In this document: positions 39,197-49,970 of the stretch, piece after piece
Layout: every line of letters begins with the position of its first letter
Numbering within the stretch: position 1 is the stretch's first letter
Assembly: GCA_963719505.1 (NCBI GenBank)
Contig: CAVRCF010000005.1
Location: 1,056,001-1,120,000 of the forward strand
Direction: 5' to 3'
DNA length: 64,000 nucleotides
DNA from: Halobacteriovoraceae bacterium
GTDB taxonomy: Bacteria > Bdellovibrionota > Bacteriovoracia > Bacteriovoracales > Bacteriovoracaceae
The notes under the pieces: generated by a model
The model's input: the letters and a program-made list of their open reading frames with translations, nothing else
The model's database searches: none
What the model was told of the DNA's origin: nothing
Program-made: the position numbers and the translations under genes

Positions 39197-40747
39197 ATGA
39201 AAAATCTAGATCGAAGAGAATTTTTAACGTTTTTGGGCGCCACAGCTGTTACTTTGACAAACTATGGACTCTTGGCAAATCTTGCAAGTTGTCAAACGAG
39301 ATCCACCACAGGCATCTCCCCAAAGATGAAAGATGAACTGGGCTTGGCCAAAGGTTTACATTATCAGACTCTTATTTCTTGGGGAGATAAAATAAATTCC
39401 TCGGAAACTTTCGGCTTTAACAACGACTATATCGCCATTGAGTCCCTCTCAAGCGACAAACTTCTCATGTGGGTGAATCACGAGTACGTGAATCCTCTTT
39501 TTGTCAGTGGGTACGAGAGAACAAAAGAGAATATCGACAAAGAAAGACGCGCAGTTGGTGGATCGATTATCGAAGTGAACAAAACGGCAAGCGGTTGGAA
39601 ATTTAATCCCGACTCTAAATACAATAAAGGAGTCCGAGGAGATACAAAAATCCCTTTTGCTGGTGGTGTCTCTATTGAAGGCCAGACCTTCGCAGTCGGA
39701 ACCCTGGCCAATTGTGCAGGTGGAAAAACTCCTTGGGGCACGATGCTCACGTGTGAAGAAAATTACGACATGTCTTACGGAGAGAGAGATCAAAATTCTC
39801 GAAAAATAACGGCATCAATGGGCAGCTGGGAGACTTTTTACCCTCACCCGCCAGAGCACTACGGCTGGGTGGTAGAGATCGATCCCAGAACGTCAAAAGC
39901 TCAAAAGCATACTTCAATTGGAAGATTCGCTCATGAATGTGCAACCTGTTTAAATGAAGGAGACAAAGCCATTGTCTATTCTGCAGATGATAAAAATGAC
40001 GAGCATATTTATAAATTTATTTCTTCTTCTAAAGATAATCTCAATACAGGTAAACTCTATGTTGCCAATACCGAGCAAGGAAAGTGGATCTCACTAGACA
40101 TAAATGACTCTCCTCTTTTAAAAAAACACTTTAAAAGCCAACTTGAAATTCAAACCTATACTAGAAAAGCGGCTAAACTCGTTGGAGCGACGCCCCTAGC
40201 GAGACCTGAAGATATTGAAATCCATCCTCAAACAAAAGATGTCTATATTACTCTTACCAATAACAAGCCGGCTGGGAACTTTCATGGCAGCATTTTAAAG
40301 ATTTCTGAAACACAGGGCAATCACGCAAGTCTTACTTTCAAAGCTGAAACCTTTATGCTTGGTGGTGAAGATTCAGGAATAACTTGTCCAGACAATTTAG
40401 CTTTTGATAAAAACGGAAACCTTTGGATGTGTAATGACATATCTGGAAGCTCAATAGGAAAAGCTGCTTATAAGCCTTTTGGTAATAATGGACTTTTTGT
40501 GATTCCAACGTCTGGTCCTCAAGCGGGACAAGCAATTCAGGTCGCTTCAGCTCCAATGGACGCCGAATTCACAGGACTATGCTTTTCTCCAGATGAGACG
40601 AGTTTATTTTTGTCGGTGCAACATCCAGGAGAACTCACTAAGGATATTAAGTTTCCAACAAGCACATGGCCTACAGGAAAAGTCCCAAAACCTTCAGTAG
40701 TTGAAATTACCGGAGACCTTCTTTTAGGATTTACTCAAAAAGCCTAA
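39197..40747 (+). CDS. phoX: PhoX-family alkaline phosphatase (Tat-exported)
   Basis: RREFL Tat motif, NCAGGKTPWG, CEEN, GRFAHE, RPED, PDN, EFTG, VQHPGE. Confidence 0.9.
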   Translation: MKNLDRREFLTFLGATAVTLTNYGLLANLASCQTRSTTGISPKMKDELGLAKGLHYQTLISWGDKINSSETFGFNNDYIAIESLSSDKLLMWVNHEYVNPLFVSGYERTKENIDKERRAVGGSIIEVNKTASGWKFNPDSKYNKGVRGDTKIPFAGGVSIEGQTFAVGTLANCAGGKTPWGTMLTCEENYDMSYGERDQNSRKITASMGSWETFYPHPPEHYGWVVEIDPRTSKAQKHTSIGRFAHECATCLNEGDKAIVYSADDKNDEHIYKFISSSKDNLNTGKLYVANTEQGKWISLDINDSPLLKKHFKSQLEIQTYTRKAAKLVGATPLARPEDIEIHPQTKDVYITLTNNKPAGNFHGSILKISETQGNHASLTFKAETFMLGGEDSGITCPDNLAFDKNGNLWMCNDISGSSIGKAAYKPFGNNGLFVIPTSGPQAGQAIQVASAPMDAEFTGLCFSPDETSLFLSVQHPGELTKDIKFPTSTWPTGKVPKPSVVEITGDLLLGFTQKA

Positions 40748-42183
40748 GCCTCTTCTATCTTATCCATCGTTTTTCCACTCGCTGCAATGGCAATGGACAT
40801 AATTGGACTTAAAAGATTAAAGAAAGCAAAAGGTAGATATGTCATCGTTGCCACCCCTAGGATGGTGCTAAAGTAGGCTCCACATGTATTCCAAGGAACG
40901 AGGACACTTGTCACAGTTGATCCATCCTCCACGGCACGAGAGAGATTTTTTGGGGCCAATCCCATTTTCTCATAGGCTGACTTAAACATTCTTCCAGTGA
41001 CAACAATGGCGATGTACTGATCACTTGTGGTGAGATTTAAAAATATTCCTGATCCAACAGTCGCGGCTACCAAAGATGTAGTTCCTTTAACCAGCTTTAA
41101 AATTGAATTCGCTATAGTTGTGAGCATCCCAGTCACTTCCATCACTCCACCAAAGATCATGGCCATAAGAATCATCCAAACGGTATTCATCATTCCACTC
41201 ATGCCGCCTCTGCTAAAGAGCTTATCAATCATGGCATTGCCAGATTCTATTTCAAATCCAGAAAAAGATGTTTTTAAGAGGACTTTATAAATTCCTTCAA
41301 TCCCCATCGTTCCACCGGCCAACTTAGTGATAAGACTCGTTTGGAAAATAAGAGCAAAAACTCCACCTAAAATCGTTCCAATAAAAAGAGCTGGTACAGC
41401 GGGGACCTTTTTCATCACCAGGCCAATAACGATAAGAGGTAAAAGAAAGAGCCATAGGGAAATATTAAAGTTGGCATCAATAAGTTTTAAAACTTCATCA
41501 ATCTGGTTGGCATTCAAAGTATCACTTGAATATGAAAGCCCTAAAATAAGAAAGATAATAAAAGAGATAAGAATTGAAGGTATGGTGGTATAAGTCATGT
41601 GTTTAATATGGCTAAAGAGGTCACTTCCTGCCATCGCTGGTGCGAGATTTGTCGTGTCTGATAGAGGCGATAACTTATCACCGAAGTAGGATCCTGAAAC
41701 AATAGCTCCGGCCACCATGCCCTCTGGAATACCAAGAGTCTTTCCGATTCCAATAAGAGCAATACCAACTGTTCCAGCAGTAGACCATGAGCTTCCGGTT
41801 GCTATCGAGACCACACTACAAATAATGAGTGAAACGGGAAGAAAAGCTTCTGGACTTATAAGTTTAATTCCGTAGTAAATCATGGTTGGGACAACGCCGT
41901 TGAGAATCCAGACACCAATTAAAGAGCCTACAATCATAAGAATAAGAATTGCTTGGGTGGAAACTGAAACAGAAGCTAACGCCTTTTTTTCTATATCCTT
42001 ATATGGCCTTTTTAAATGAAAGACTCCAATAAAAGCGCAAACCATGGAAGTTAATAGAAGGGCTATTTGATTAGGCCCATATGATGAATCGTCCGCGAAA
42101 ATAACAACATTCAACGTCAAAAGAACAACGAGAACCGCCACCGGGATTAAGGAAACTAATAGAGATGGCTCTTTGTGATGCAT
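40744..42183 (-). CDS. nhaC: Na+/H+ antiporter NhaC
   Basis: TGSSWSTAGT, FGDKLSPLSDTTNLA, LVPWNTCG. Confidence 0.9.
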   Translation of the reverse strand: MHHKEPSLLVSLIPVAVLVVLLTLNVVIFADDSSYGPNQIALLLTSMVCAFIGVFHLKRPYKDIEKKALASVSVSTQAILILMIVGSLIGVWILNGVVPTMIYYGIKLISPEAFLPVSLIICSVVSIATGSSWSTAGTVGIALIGIGKTLGIPEGMVAGAIVSGSYFGDKLSPLSDTTNLAPAMAGSDLFSHIKHMTYTTIPSILISFIIFLILGLSYSSDTLNANQIDEVLKLIDANFNISLWLFLLPLIVIGLVMKKVPAVPALFIGTILGGVFALIFQTSLITKLAGGTMGIEGIYKVLLKTSFSGFEIESGNAMIDKLFSRGGMSGMMNTVWMILMAMIFGGVMEVTGMLTTIANSILKLVKGTTSLVAATVGSGIFLNLTTSDQYIAIVVTGRMFKSAYEKMGLAPKNLSRAVEDGSTVTSVLVPWNTCGAYFSTILGVATMTYLPFAFFNLLSPIMSIAIAASGKTMDKIEEA

Positions 42184-42429
42184 GTTAAAACCCTTTTAAA
42201 TTTTTGTTTTAAGGAATATACAATAATTCATATTGATTTGAAAAATATTGTTTAACTTTTGGACACCCCGACCTAAAGGTATTCACTTTTTCATACCTCA
42301 TCTAAACAAAAAACGACTAAATCACTGTAATCACTAACACTTACCTTTCCTAACACTTGGCATAATACTTGTATGTATATAAGTATATAAATTTACGATT
42401 TTTGTAGAGAGAGAATCGAGGAGAGAGAA

Positions 42430-43809
42430 ATGAAAAACGAAACGAATCAATTCAAAGAGATGTTAATGTGGACTCCAATTGCACTCATGCTGCTTTTAAG
42501 TTCACAAGCCTTCTCACAAGACAAAGAGCCGTCGGTTACACGAGGTCCATCAGTAGTGAATACTGAGTACGAGGGAGACCCTGAAATCCAATTATCATCT
42601 CAAGATGATAAAGAAGAAGACTTCACTCAAACCATTAGTCCTGCAGAGAGAGAGATTCTTGAAGCTGAAGCTAGAAGAGAAGGAAGAGAAGTTAACTGGG
42701 CACAAATCGCTCAAGACAACGCCATCACTATTAGTGGAGAGAACGAAAGAGATGGTGATGTTGTCACTACTGAAACAGAAACTAATATTGACGAAGAAGT
42801 TCTAACAACAGAAATTGAAACTGAGACAGTTGAATCTCTAAAAAAGAAGCTTGCTGAAAAAACGCAGGAGCTAGAAAGTTTAAGAGCATCAATTGATGAT
42901 GGATCAGTTAATACATCAGAAGAAATTGAAAGACTTAATCAAATTATTCTTTCGGCTGAAAGAGAAATTTCAACTCTTTCATCTCAAATTTCTGACCTTA
43001 CAATTGAGACAGAACTTGCCGTCGCAGACAAAGAAGCTTTGGAAGCAAAAGTCTTAGTTGTAGAAATTGAAATTGAGGAACTTAAAGCCCTCTTAGCTGA
43101 AAGAGAAGTTAAAATTGCAGCACTAGAAGCTGAGAAACTTGCTCTTGAAGAAGAAAAAGAAGCTTTAACAGCTCAAACAATTAAACTTAAAGAAGAAAAA
43201 GCTCAACTTGAAACAGTAACTTGTGAACAAGAAGATAGACTTGCAAAACTTGAAGAACTAATCTCAGCTAGCACTAGTGCTCCTGATATTATGGCTGCCA
43301 TGATGATGCAACAACAACAAATGATGATGAGCATGATGATGATGATGAACTCAGGATTTCCAATGACTCAAGCTCCAAGCTTAAGCAACGGAAACGACAA
43401 CCTCAACATGATGATGATGATGCAATCAATGCAACAAGAAAGTAGAATGACTAACTTTCAAAATGGAATCTACGGATTGTTTGGAGCGATGAATAGCACA
43501 ACTCCTACTTACCAAATCGCAGGTGACTATTTTAACGGCGGGGCATACTCAATCATGAATCAAGGTCAAGGTTTTGGTCAGCAACAACAACAAAACCCAA
43601 TGATGATGAATCAACCGATGGTAGCTCAACCTTTTAGCTACAATATGAACAGATCGATTTCTTCAGGAACTAACGGTGTGTTTACAGACTCTGGAAGCAA
43701 TAGTGGCACAGATACTTCAGGCTCTAACGGAGTCCAAGATGGAACAACAACAAATCCAGATCTTTCTGAAGGCGAACTTAAAGACGCACAAGATGCTGGA
43801 ATGGTATAA
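42430..43809 (+). CDS. Secreted coiled-coil protein with Met/Gln-rich low-complexity C-terminus
   Basis: Signal peptide, long E/K/L heptads, MMMQQQQMMMSMMMMM tract. Confidence 0.75.
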   Translation: MKNETNQFKEMLMWTPIALMLLLSSQAFSQDKEPSVTRGPSVVNTEYEGDPEIQLSSQDDKEEDFTQTISPAEREILEAEARREGREVNWAQIAQDNAITISGENERDGDVVTTETETNIDEEVLTTEIETETVESLKKKLAEKTQELESLRASIDDGSVNTSEEIERLNQIILSAEREISTLSSQISDLTIETELAVADKEALEAKVLVVEIEIEELKALLAEREVKIAALEAEKLALEEEKEALTAQTIKLKEEKAQLETVTCEQEDRLAKLEELISASTSAPDIMAAMMMQQQQMMMSMMMMMNSGFPMTQAPSLSNGNDNLNMMMMMQSMQQESRMTNFQNGIYGLFGAMNSTTPTYQIAGDYFNGGAYSIMNQGQGFGQQQQQNPMMMNQPMVAQPFSYNMNRSISSGTNGVFTDSGSNSGTDTSGSNGVQDGTTTNPDLSEGELKDAQDAGMV

Positions 43810-43836
43810 AAAGTAAAACAATCAAGTACAACCTTC

Positions 43837-43862
43837 AAGCCCCTGTAATTCAGGGGCTTTTT
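43837..43862 (+). terminator. Intrinsic terminator
   Basis: AAGCCCCTG-TAATT-CAGGGGCTT followed by T tract. Confidence 0.85.
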
Positions 43863-43933
43863 GTTTTTATCTCGCTATAGGCAAAATTTTCCTAAGCAAA
43901 TATCTTTAAGAGTCGAAAAGTTAAGTAATATTA

Positions 43934-44206
43934 ATGCTCATAAGGACCGAGACTCCAATGAATAACTTAAGACCTGCCCTTAACAAAACAACGAAGAAAA
44001 TCATTAGAAAATGCCATTGTTGCTCTCAGGTTACCGAATCAGAAAAAGAAGTTGAAAAGTGTCTTAGTTGCGGAAAGTCATTTTTACCTTTAAATTATTT
44101 TGATAAAATTCATGGAAATGCTGATTATAAATTCGATGAGTTATGGGCCCAAGGCCATGAACTCGAAGAAGAAGACCTTATCAAAGGACTCTGTGTCATT
44201 TGGTAA
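43934..44206 (+). CDS. Small zinc-ribbon protein
   Basis: CHCC and CLSC pairs; start may be 43958. Confidence 0.6.
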   Translation: MLIRTETPMNNLRPALNKTTKKIIRKCHCCSQVTESEKEVEKCLSCGKSFLPLNYFDKIHGNADYKFDELWAQGHELEEEDLIKGLCVIW

Positions 44207-44244
44207 ATCTAGTCTAAACACCTCTCCTATGGTACCAATAGGAG

Positions 44245-45960
44245 ATGAACCAACTATCCGAAAACAACGACCTTAAAACAAAACTCCACCCAGCTATCAT
44301 CAGACTCTTTGAAAAAAGAGATATTTTTGAAACAGCAGAAGAATACTTCTCTTGGAACTTACTGGACCTCCCTGACATTACTGACATGCTCGATATGGAC
44401 AAGACAGTGGCGCGCATATCCGAAGCCATTGATAAAAAACAAGTCATTGGTATTTATGGTGACTACGATGTAGATGGATGCACTTCTTGTGCACTTTTTT
44501 ATCATTTTTTTAAAATGATCGATGTGGAAGTAGAACTCTTTCAACCAAGTCGTTTTGTTGAAGGATATGGAGTCCATCCTGCAAGTGTGGATACGGCCAT
44601 CGAAAAGGGTGTCTCCCTTCTTATTACGGTTGACTGTGGAATTACAAATCTTGAGACATGTGACTACGCAAAAGAGAGAGGTCTTGATCTGATCATTACT
44701 GATCACCATAAAGACGCGCGTGAACATCTTCCAGATGCCTTCGCCGTCGTAAATCCCAATAGAAGAGATGAGGACAAAGAGGTTTTAAAACCTTTAGCCG
44801 GAGTTGGTGTCTCTTTTGCTGTCTGCCTTGCCCTCAAAAATGAATGGGCCAAACAAGGAAAAGAAATTCCAAGTATCTATCCCCTTTTACAATTTGTGGC
44901 CATTGGAACTATTTGCGACATGGCAAAGTTGACGCCCATGAATATGAAGCTTACTCGCCATGGCCTAAAGCAAATTCCCAAGACGACCTACTCTGGAATT
45001 GCTAGCTTCTTTACCGATGAGGATAGAAACTGCGAAGTCATCCCAAGTGAGAAAATTTCTTTTTATGTGGGACCTCTCATTAACAGTAAAGGCAGATTAG
45101 ATCATCCAGAAAAAGCTTTAAACCTTTTAGTAAGCTCAGACTACAAAGAGGCCTTCGCCAACTATTCTCACCTTGAAATTTCTAATCGAGAAAGAAAAAT
45201 TATTCAAAAAGAGGTTTTTGACGAGGCCCGTACCAATATAACAAAAGAAGTTAAAACAGGTGAGATTTATTCATGTATCACTTATGCCTCTCACTGGCAT
45301 GAGGGTGTTATCGGGATTGTTGCCTCAAAACTCGTTGAAACTTTTGAAGTTCCGGCCGTGGTTTTTACTGACTCTGAAGATCCCAATATTATCAAAGCAA
45401 GTTGTCGAAGTGCAGGAAGCTTAAATCTCTACGACCTTCTCAAAGAATGTTCAGATCTTTTTATAAAGTTTGGTGGCCACAAAGCGGCAGCAGGTCTGTC
45501 GATGCCAAAAGAGAACTTCTCAGCTTTCAAAGAGAGAATGAACAACCTTCTTGTCCCTATCCCTCAAATGGAGAGAACAGTTCAAGACCACTATGATATT
45601 ATTTTAAAATTTCAAGAAATCGATAGAAAGCTTATAAAAGAATTGGCCCTTATGGAGCCTTTTGGAATGGGTAATCAAAGACCTACTTTTAGAATGGTTA
45701 ACGCTCGCATAGAAAGCTATAAAATACTAAAAGACCTTCACGTTAAATGGACTTTTGTCTCTGACGATTTACCTGGACAAAAGATTGGAGGCATAAGCTT
45801 CAACTTTATCGGCAAGTGGAATACAGCAATGCCGGAAGATCTCTTTGAAAAGCAAGAAAAAGAAGGACTCACTGTTCAGTTTAGTCTTGGAATTAACCGC
45901 TTTAGAGGAAACGAAATCATCCAACTTATGGTTGATAAGATCATGCTTGGAGCGATGTGA
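44245..45960 (+). CDS. recJ: Single-stranded DNA exonuclease RecJ
   Basis: YGDYDVDG, ITVDCG, ITDHH, GGHKAAAG, MEPFGMGN. Confidence 0.95.
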   Translation: MNQLSENNDLKTKLHPAIIRLFEKRDIFETAEEYFSWNLLDLPDITDMLDMDKTVARISEAIDKKQVIGIYGDYDVDGCTSCALFYHFFKMIDVEVELFQPSRFVEGYGVHPASVDTAIEKGVSLLITVDCGITNLETCDYAKERGLDLIITDHHKDAREHLPDAFAVVNPNRRDEDKEVLKPLAGVGVSFAVCLALKNEWAKQGKEIPSIYPLLQFVAIGTICDMAKLTPMNMKLTRHGLKQIPKTTYSGIASFFTDEDRNCEVIPSEKISFYVGPLINSKGRLDHPEKALNLLVSSDYKEAFANYSHLEISNRERKIIQKEVFDEARTNITKEVKTGEIYSCITYASHWHEGVIGIVASKLVETFEVPAVVFTDSEDPNIIKASCRSAGSLNLYDLLKECSDLFIKFGGHKAAAGLSMPKENFSAFKERMNNLLVPIPQMERTVQDHYDIILKFQEIDRKLIKELALMEPFGMGNQRPTFRMVNARIESYKILKDLHVKWTFVSDDLPGQKIGGISFNFIGKWNTAMPEDLFEKQEKEGLTVQFSLGINRFRGNEIIQLMVDKIMLGAM

Positions 45961-46754
45961 TTCAAAAAGATAGGTTTCATTACCTTATTAAATTTCAATA
46001 TTTAGGTTTTCGTTTTCATGGTTGGCAAAAACAACCCGATAGCTACAGAACGGTCCAGGGGATGCTCGAGAGAACTCTAAATTTTATCTTTGATAAAAAG
46101 GAAGACTTTAAAACTCTTGGTGCCAGTAGAACAGATGCCATGGTCTCTGCCTTAGAGTCATATTGTAAACTGACAACCATTAATAAATTTGATGCCGAAT
46201 TTATTTTTACTGCACTTAATAAAAATCTTCCCCAAGATATAAAAGCGATAAGTGTTGAAGAAACCACCCCAGAATTTCGCATTATCGATGAATCGAAAAT
46301 AAAGACTTATCAATACTTCTTTAGCAATGTTGAAAAAGCCCATCCTTTTAGTGCTCCTTATATCACAAACTTTTCAGGAAACTTAGATATGTCATTGATG
46401 CATCAAGCGGCAAAAATCTTTGAAGGACATCACAACTTTAGTCGCTACTGCTTTAGACCAAATCCGACGAAAACTTTTGAAAGAGAAATACAAAGTTCAC
46501 TTATAAAAGAAAACACTGAGCTCACGGCAAGTTTTTTTCCCAAAACTTCTTTTGTGTATGAAGTACGTGCAAGTGGATTTTTGAGAAACCAAATAAGGAT
46601 CATGATGGGAGCCATCATTATGGTCGGTAAAGGAGAGATGAGTTTAGAACAGCTGGAACAATCTTTGGTTGGAGAAGAGTTTAAGCTCGCCTCTTTTGTT
46701 GCTCCAGCAAGTGGATTGATGCTCAAAGAACTTAATCTTCAAGCATCAAGTTAA
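45957..46754 (+). CDS. truA: tRNA pseudouridine(38-40) synthase
   Basis: Y.GFRFHGWQKQ, ASRTDAMVSA, GFLRNQIR, APASGL. Confidence 0.9.
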   Translation: MIQKDRFHYLIKFQYLGFRFHGWQKQPDSYRTVQGMLERTLNFIFDKKEDFKTLGASRTDAMVSALESYCKLTTINKFDAEFIFTALNKNLPQDIKAISVEETTPEFRIIDESKIKTYQYFFSNVEKAHPFSAPYITNFSGNLDMSLMHQAAKIFEGHHNFSRYCFRPNPTKTFEREIQSSLIKENTELTASFFPKTSFVYEVRASGFLRNQIRIMMGAIIMVGKGEMSLEQLEQSLVGEEFKLASFVAPASGLMLKELNLQASS

Positions 46755-46756
46755 TT

Positions 46757-47281
46757 TTATCTTTTAACCGTTACTTTTTCCATTACAACATCGTGAACCG
46801 GTCTATCCCCAGGTCCAACTTTAACGGCAGCAATTTTTTCAATTGTCTCCATTCCATCAGTAACTTTTCCAAACACCGTATGACGTCCATTTAAGTGGGG
46901 AGTTGGAGCAAGTGTGACGAAGAACTGAGACCCATTTGTCCCTGGACCAGCATTTGCCATTGAAAGAATTCCAGCTTCATCGTGTTTTAATTCTGGATGA
47001 CACTCATCTTTAAACCTATAACCAGGTCCGCCCATCCCACTACCTTCTGGACAACCGCCTTGGATAACGAAGTTTGAAATAATTCTATGAAAGATTAGGC
47101 CATCATAAAATGGTCCCTCTTTAACTGTTTCCTGTCTTCCTTCAATAAGGTTAACAAAGTTCCAAACAGTTTCAGGACATTCTTTCGCATAGAGAACAAC
47201 ATCAAAGTTTCCCATATTTGTTTCAAACGTTGCATTAATTCTGTCTAAGTCTTCCTTGTGATCATTTTTTGTAAAGCTCAT
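46757..47281 (-). CDS. Cyclophilin-type peptidyl-prolyl isomerase
   Basis: [34 protein letters not shown]. Confidence 0.95.
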   Translation of the reverse strand: MSFTKNDHKEDLDRINATFETNMGNFDVVLYAKECPETVWNFVNLIEGRQETVKEGPFYDGLIFHRIISNFVIQGGCPEGSGMGGPGYRFKDECHPELKHDEAGILSMANAGPGTNGSQFFVTLAPTPHLNGRHTVFGKVTDGMETIEKIAAVKVGPGDRPVHDVVMEKVTVKR

Positions 47282-47304
47282 TTTTTTTCACCTTTTATTT
47301 TTTG

Positions 47305-48045
47305 TTAATAATTAAACTGATTTTTTATTCCTATAATTGAGTCGGTTTTTTGATTGGAAAAAAGATAAACGCTCTTTCCTTTAAAAAGTTTACTCATATC
47401 AATCGCGTAGTGATAATCCAGAACAAAGTCTGTATTATAAGGAGAAAACATCGATTGTGATATTCCCTTTACTCCAGACTCCGAGAACTTATTACTCGTG
47501 ATAAAATCATCTAGCTCTTCAGAAGACAGACACATTGATATAAAAACGGGATGACCTTTTAACATTTTTGAGCTTCTCATCAAACTTTTAAGTTTTTTCA
47601 ATGCCTCTTTGTTCTGTGTCGCTTCATCGATCCAAACTAAATGAATACGGCTAAACTTTGGAACGATAAACTCTCTTCCTCCACCAAGGATTTGCTGGTG
47701 AACATTAAAAGTTAAAAAAGATTCATCTTTTAAGAATACTGTTTTACGGCCAGTTGATTTTTTATATTCTGCAAATCTTCGATTAAGCATAAGTTGATAC
47801 TGAATAAGTTGTTCGTAGTCAAAAGAGTAACTGGCATGCATGTCTTTGAAGTTTATATACCGGATGGGTTCATTTCTTTTACATTTGGCTTCGCTTGAAA
47901 AATTGGCCCAGTCTGGAACATCAGGGAGGTAGTATTTCTCAATACCAGAACCAATATAAACCTGGTCAAGGTCTTGTTTAAACATACCTTCTTCTGTCGT
48001 TGCACAGGACAGCATAAAAAATGATAAGACAAAAAGATATTTCAT
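47305..48045 (-). CDS. Hypothetical lipoprotein
   Basis: Lipobox MLSC; 246-aa ORF co-oriented with neighbours. Confidence 0.65.
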   Translation of the reverse strand: MKYLFVLSFFMLSCATTEEGMFKQDLDQVYIGSGIEKYYLPDVPDWANFSSEAKCKRNEPIRYINFKDMHASYSFDYEQLIQYQLMLNRRFAEYKKSTGRKTVFLKDESFLTFNVHQQILGGGREFIVPKFSRIHLVWIDEATQNKEALKKLKSLMRSSKMLKGHPVFISMCLSSEELDDFITSNKFSESGVKGISQSMFSPYNTDFVLDYHYAIDMSKLFKGKSVYLFSNQKTDSIIGIKNQFNY

Positions 48046-48096
48046 GCCGCAAAGATTATCAACTCTGGATCAATTTGGCTTTTGAAAAATTGGCCC

Positions 48097-48552
48097 TTAG
48101 AGAAAGTAAACCTTGGACTCGCCTTTATCAATACATGAGAATTCGGCAAATTTATAAATGAAATCAATAAATGGTTCGAAAGCTTGGAAGCTTGGAAGGG
48201 ATTTATCAAATTCTCCCCCAAAACGCATAAAAGCTGTCCCTCGTTCATCAATATACTCAGATCCGTGCTTAACATTAACAACGAGTGGCAAAAAGTCATC
48301 TTTTGTAAAATAAACTCTAATCGTTGTGTCCTGACCAGTGGGAAATTGGCCCTTGGCGCTTTTTGTAAAGGGAACTTGAAACAGACATCCATCTTTAGAG
48401 ATATCAACTAAATTAACAGAGTATTTTGTTCCGTTATTGTCGATCTCAGCGTAAGCCCCTAAAAATTCAGAGAATAGAACACGCTCAAATGATCTTTTTC
48501 TCTTATCAATTGAATCTTGTCTTTTTTTCTGAAAATCTATTACCTTGCTCAT
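48097..48552 (-). CDS. PilZ-domain protein
   Basis: RKRSFER (RxxxR) and DISKDG (DxSxxG) motifs. Confidence 0.8.
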   Translation of the reverse strand: MSKVIDFQKKRQDSIDKRKRSFERVLFSEFLGAYAEIDNNGTKYSVNLVDISKDGCLFQVPFTKSAKGQFPTGQDTTIRVYFTKDDFLPLVVNVKHGSEYIDERGTAFMRFGGEFDKSLPSFQAFEPFIDFIYKFAEFSCIDKGESKVYFL

Positions 48553-48692
48553 CTAAGCTCCTTGATGCGTATGTTCAAATAACCTATCGACCAAAACAAT
48601 AAGGATCTTTAAATCAAACTGCTGACAGGCAAAATAAGCTCCCATAAATCTAAGTTATTGGATAAATTGGACCAAGATGATAAGCTGCTCTT

Positions 48693-49607
48693 ATGAAAAA
48701 TTATTCAATACTCGACCAATATCTTTTTGAATTAGAAAAGCATCTGCAGGACATTACCCCAACGGATCGCTCAAGTATCATCTTAGATATTAATCAACAT
48801 ATTCAAGAATCTTTAAAAAATTTTCCAGAGCAAGATATCAAACAAATACTTGATGACTTGGGAGCTCCAGCAAAAGTTGCGAATCATTACCGCTTAGACA
48901 GAGGTTTAAAACTCTTTAAACCGAGTAGACATCCCTTTATCAAGTGGCTCTCTATTACCTTTATCTCTACTTTTGGAATTTTTCTTTTATTCATCACTAT
49001 AATGGTTTGGAAGTTTACTCCCATTTTTGAAGTTAATGAAAAACAAGGGAAAGTTGTTTTCTTGGGCGGGCTTATTGATATTAATATGACCAGTGGAAAG
49101 GTAAAGGTCCTAGATGAATATCACTTTACAGAAAACACCTATACCAATCAATTTGAAGGAGCCATTGATTTTCCAAAAGAAGAGACTGATGAGCTTGTTG
49201 TTAATTTTAAGTCAGGACTTTTTACTTTTACAAACTCTTTAGATGATAAACTTTCTTGGAATTGTAAATTGGAAACCCCTCCTACCGAGTCTTTTATCAA
49301 CCAATCTGGAGAGACAGTTGAGATCGATCTAGAAAATTTTGAAGGGGCCAATTGCGACTTTAAACTTCCATCAAACATTAAGTTAACAGTCGATGGAAAA
49401 GAAGCCAATATCACCGTGACTGACGCTGAATACGACACCTATATCGAACTCAATAACGGTCTCGTAAAGTTTTCTCCAAATCCTGAAGTAGACTATAATT
49501 ACGATTTAAAAGTGAAAAAGGGATCTACAGATGAGTTTTTCTCTGTTCAAAATCCAAACTCTTTTGAAGTGAGAATCTTTATTGAAAATGGAAGTATTAG
49601 GAAATAA
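48693..49607 (+). CDS. HAAS/DUF1700-domain membrane protein
   Basis: YLFELEKHL...ILDDLGAPAKVA N-terminus, one TM, beta-rich periplasmic domain. Confidence 0.65.
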   Translation: MKNYSILDQYLFELEKHLQDITPTDRSSIILDINQHIQESLKNFPEQDIKQILDDLGAPAKVANHYRLDRGLKLFKPSRHPFIKWLSITFISTFGIFLLFITIMVWKFTPIFEVNEKQGKVVFLGGLIDINMTSGKVKVLDEYHFTENTYTNQFEGAIDFPKEETDELVVNFKSGLFTFTNSLDDKLSWNCKLETPPTESFINQSGETVEIDLENFEGANCDFKLPSNIKLTVDGKEANITVTDAEYDTYIELNNGLVKFSPNPEVDYNYDLKVKKGSTDEFFSVQNPNSFEVRIFIENGSIRK

Positions 49608-49944
49608 TTTCTAAGACACTCTCAGGAGGTCTTCCCACTCTGGCTTCTCCTTTATGTAATAAAATTGGTCTCTCCAGTAGTTTGGGATATTTTAAAATCA
49701 CCCTTATAACTTCCTCTATTGTTTCTGGTTTCGATTGAAGGTTTTTATATTCCTCTTCCTTCACTCTGAGGTAACTAGAGGCTTTATTTGGTAAGGCATC
49801 AAAAACCTCTTCTAAAAATTCAATTCCTAAGTCTTTTTCAAGGTATAACAAAAGTTGAGGTTCAATCCCCTTTGACTTTAAAAGTTCTAAGGTTTGTCTA
49901 CTTTTGGAACAGTTTGGATTGTGAATAAGTTTATAATCTGACAT
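49597..49944 (-). CDS. ArsC (glutaredoxin-type) family protein
   Basis: HNPNCSKSR, PKLLERPI, GRPPE. Confidence 0.9.
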   Translation of the reverse strand: MSDYKLIHNPNCSKSRQTLELLKSKGIEPQLLLYLEKDLGIEFLEEVFDALPNKASSYLRVKEEEYKNLQSKPETIEEVIRVILKYPKLLERPILLHKGEARVGRPPESVLEIIS

Positions 49945-49970
49945 GATACTCCTATAAATAAGGATATTTT

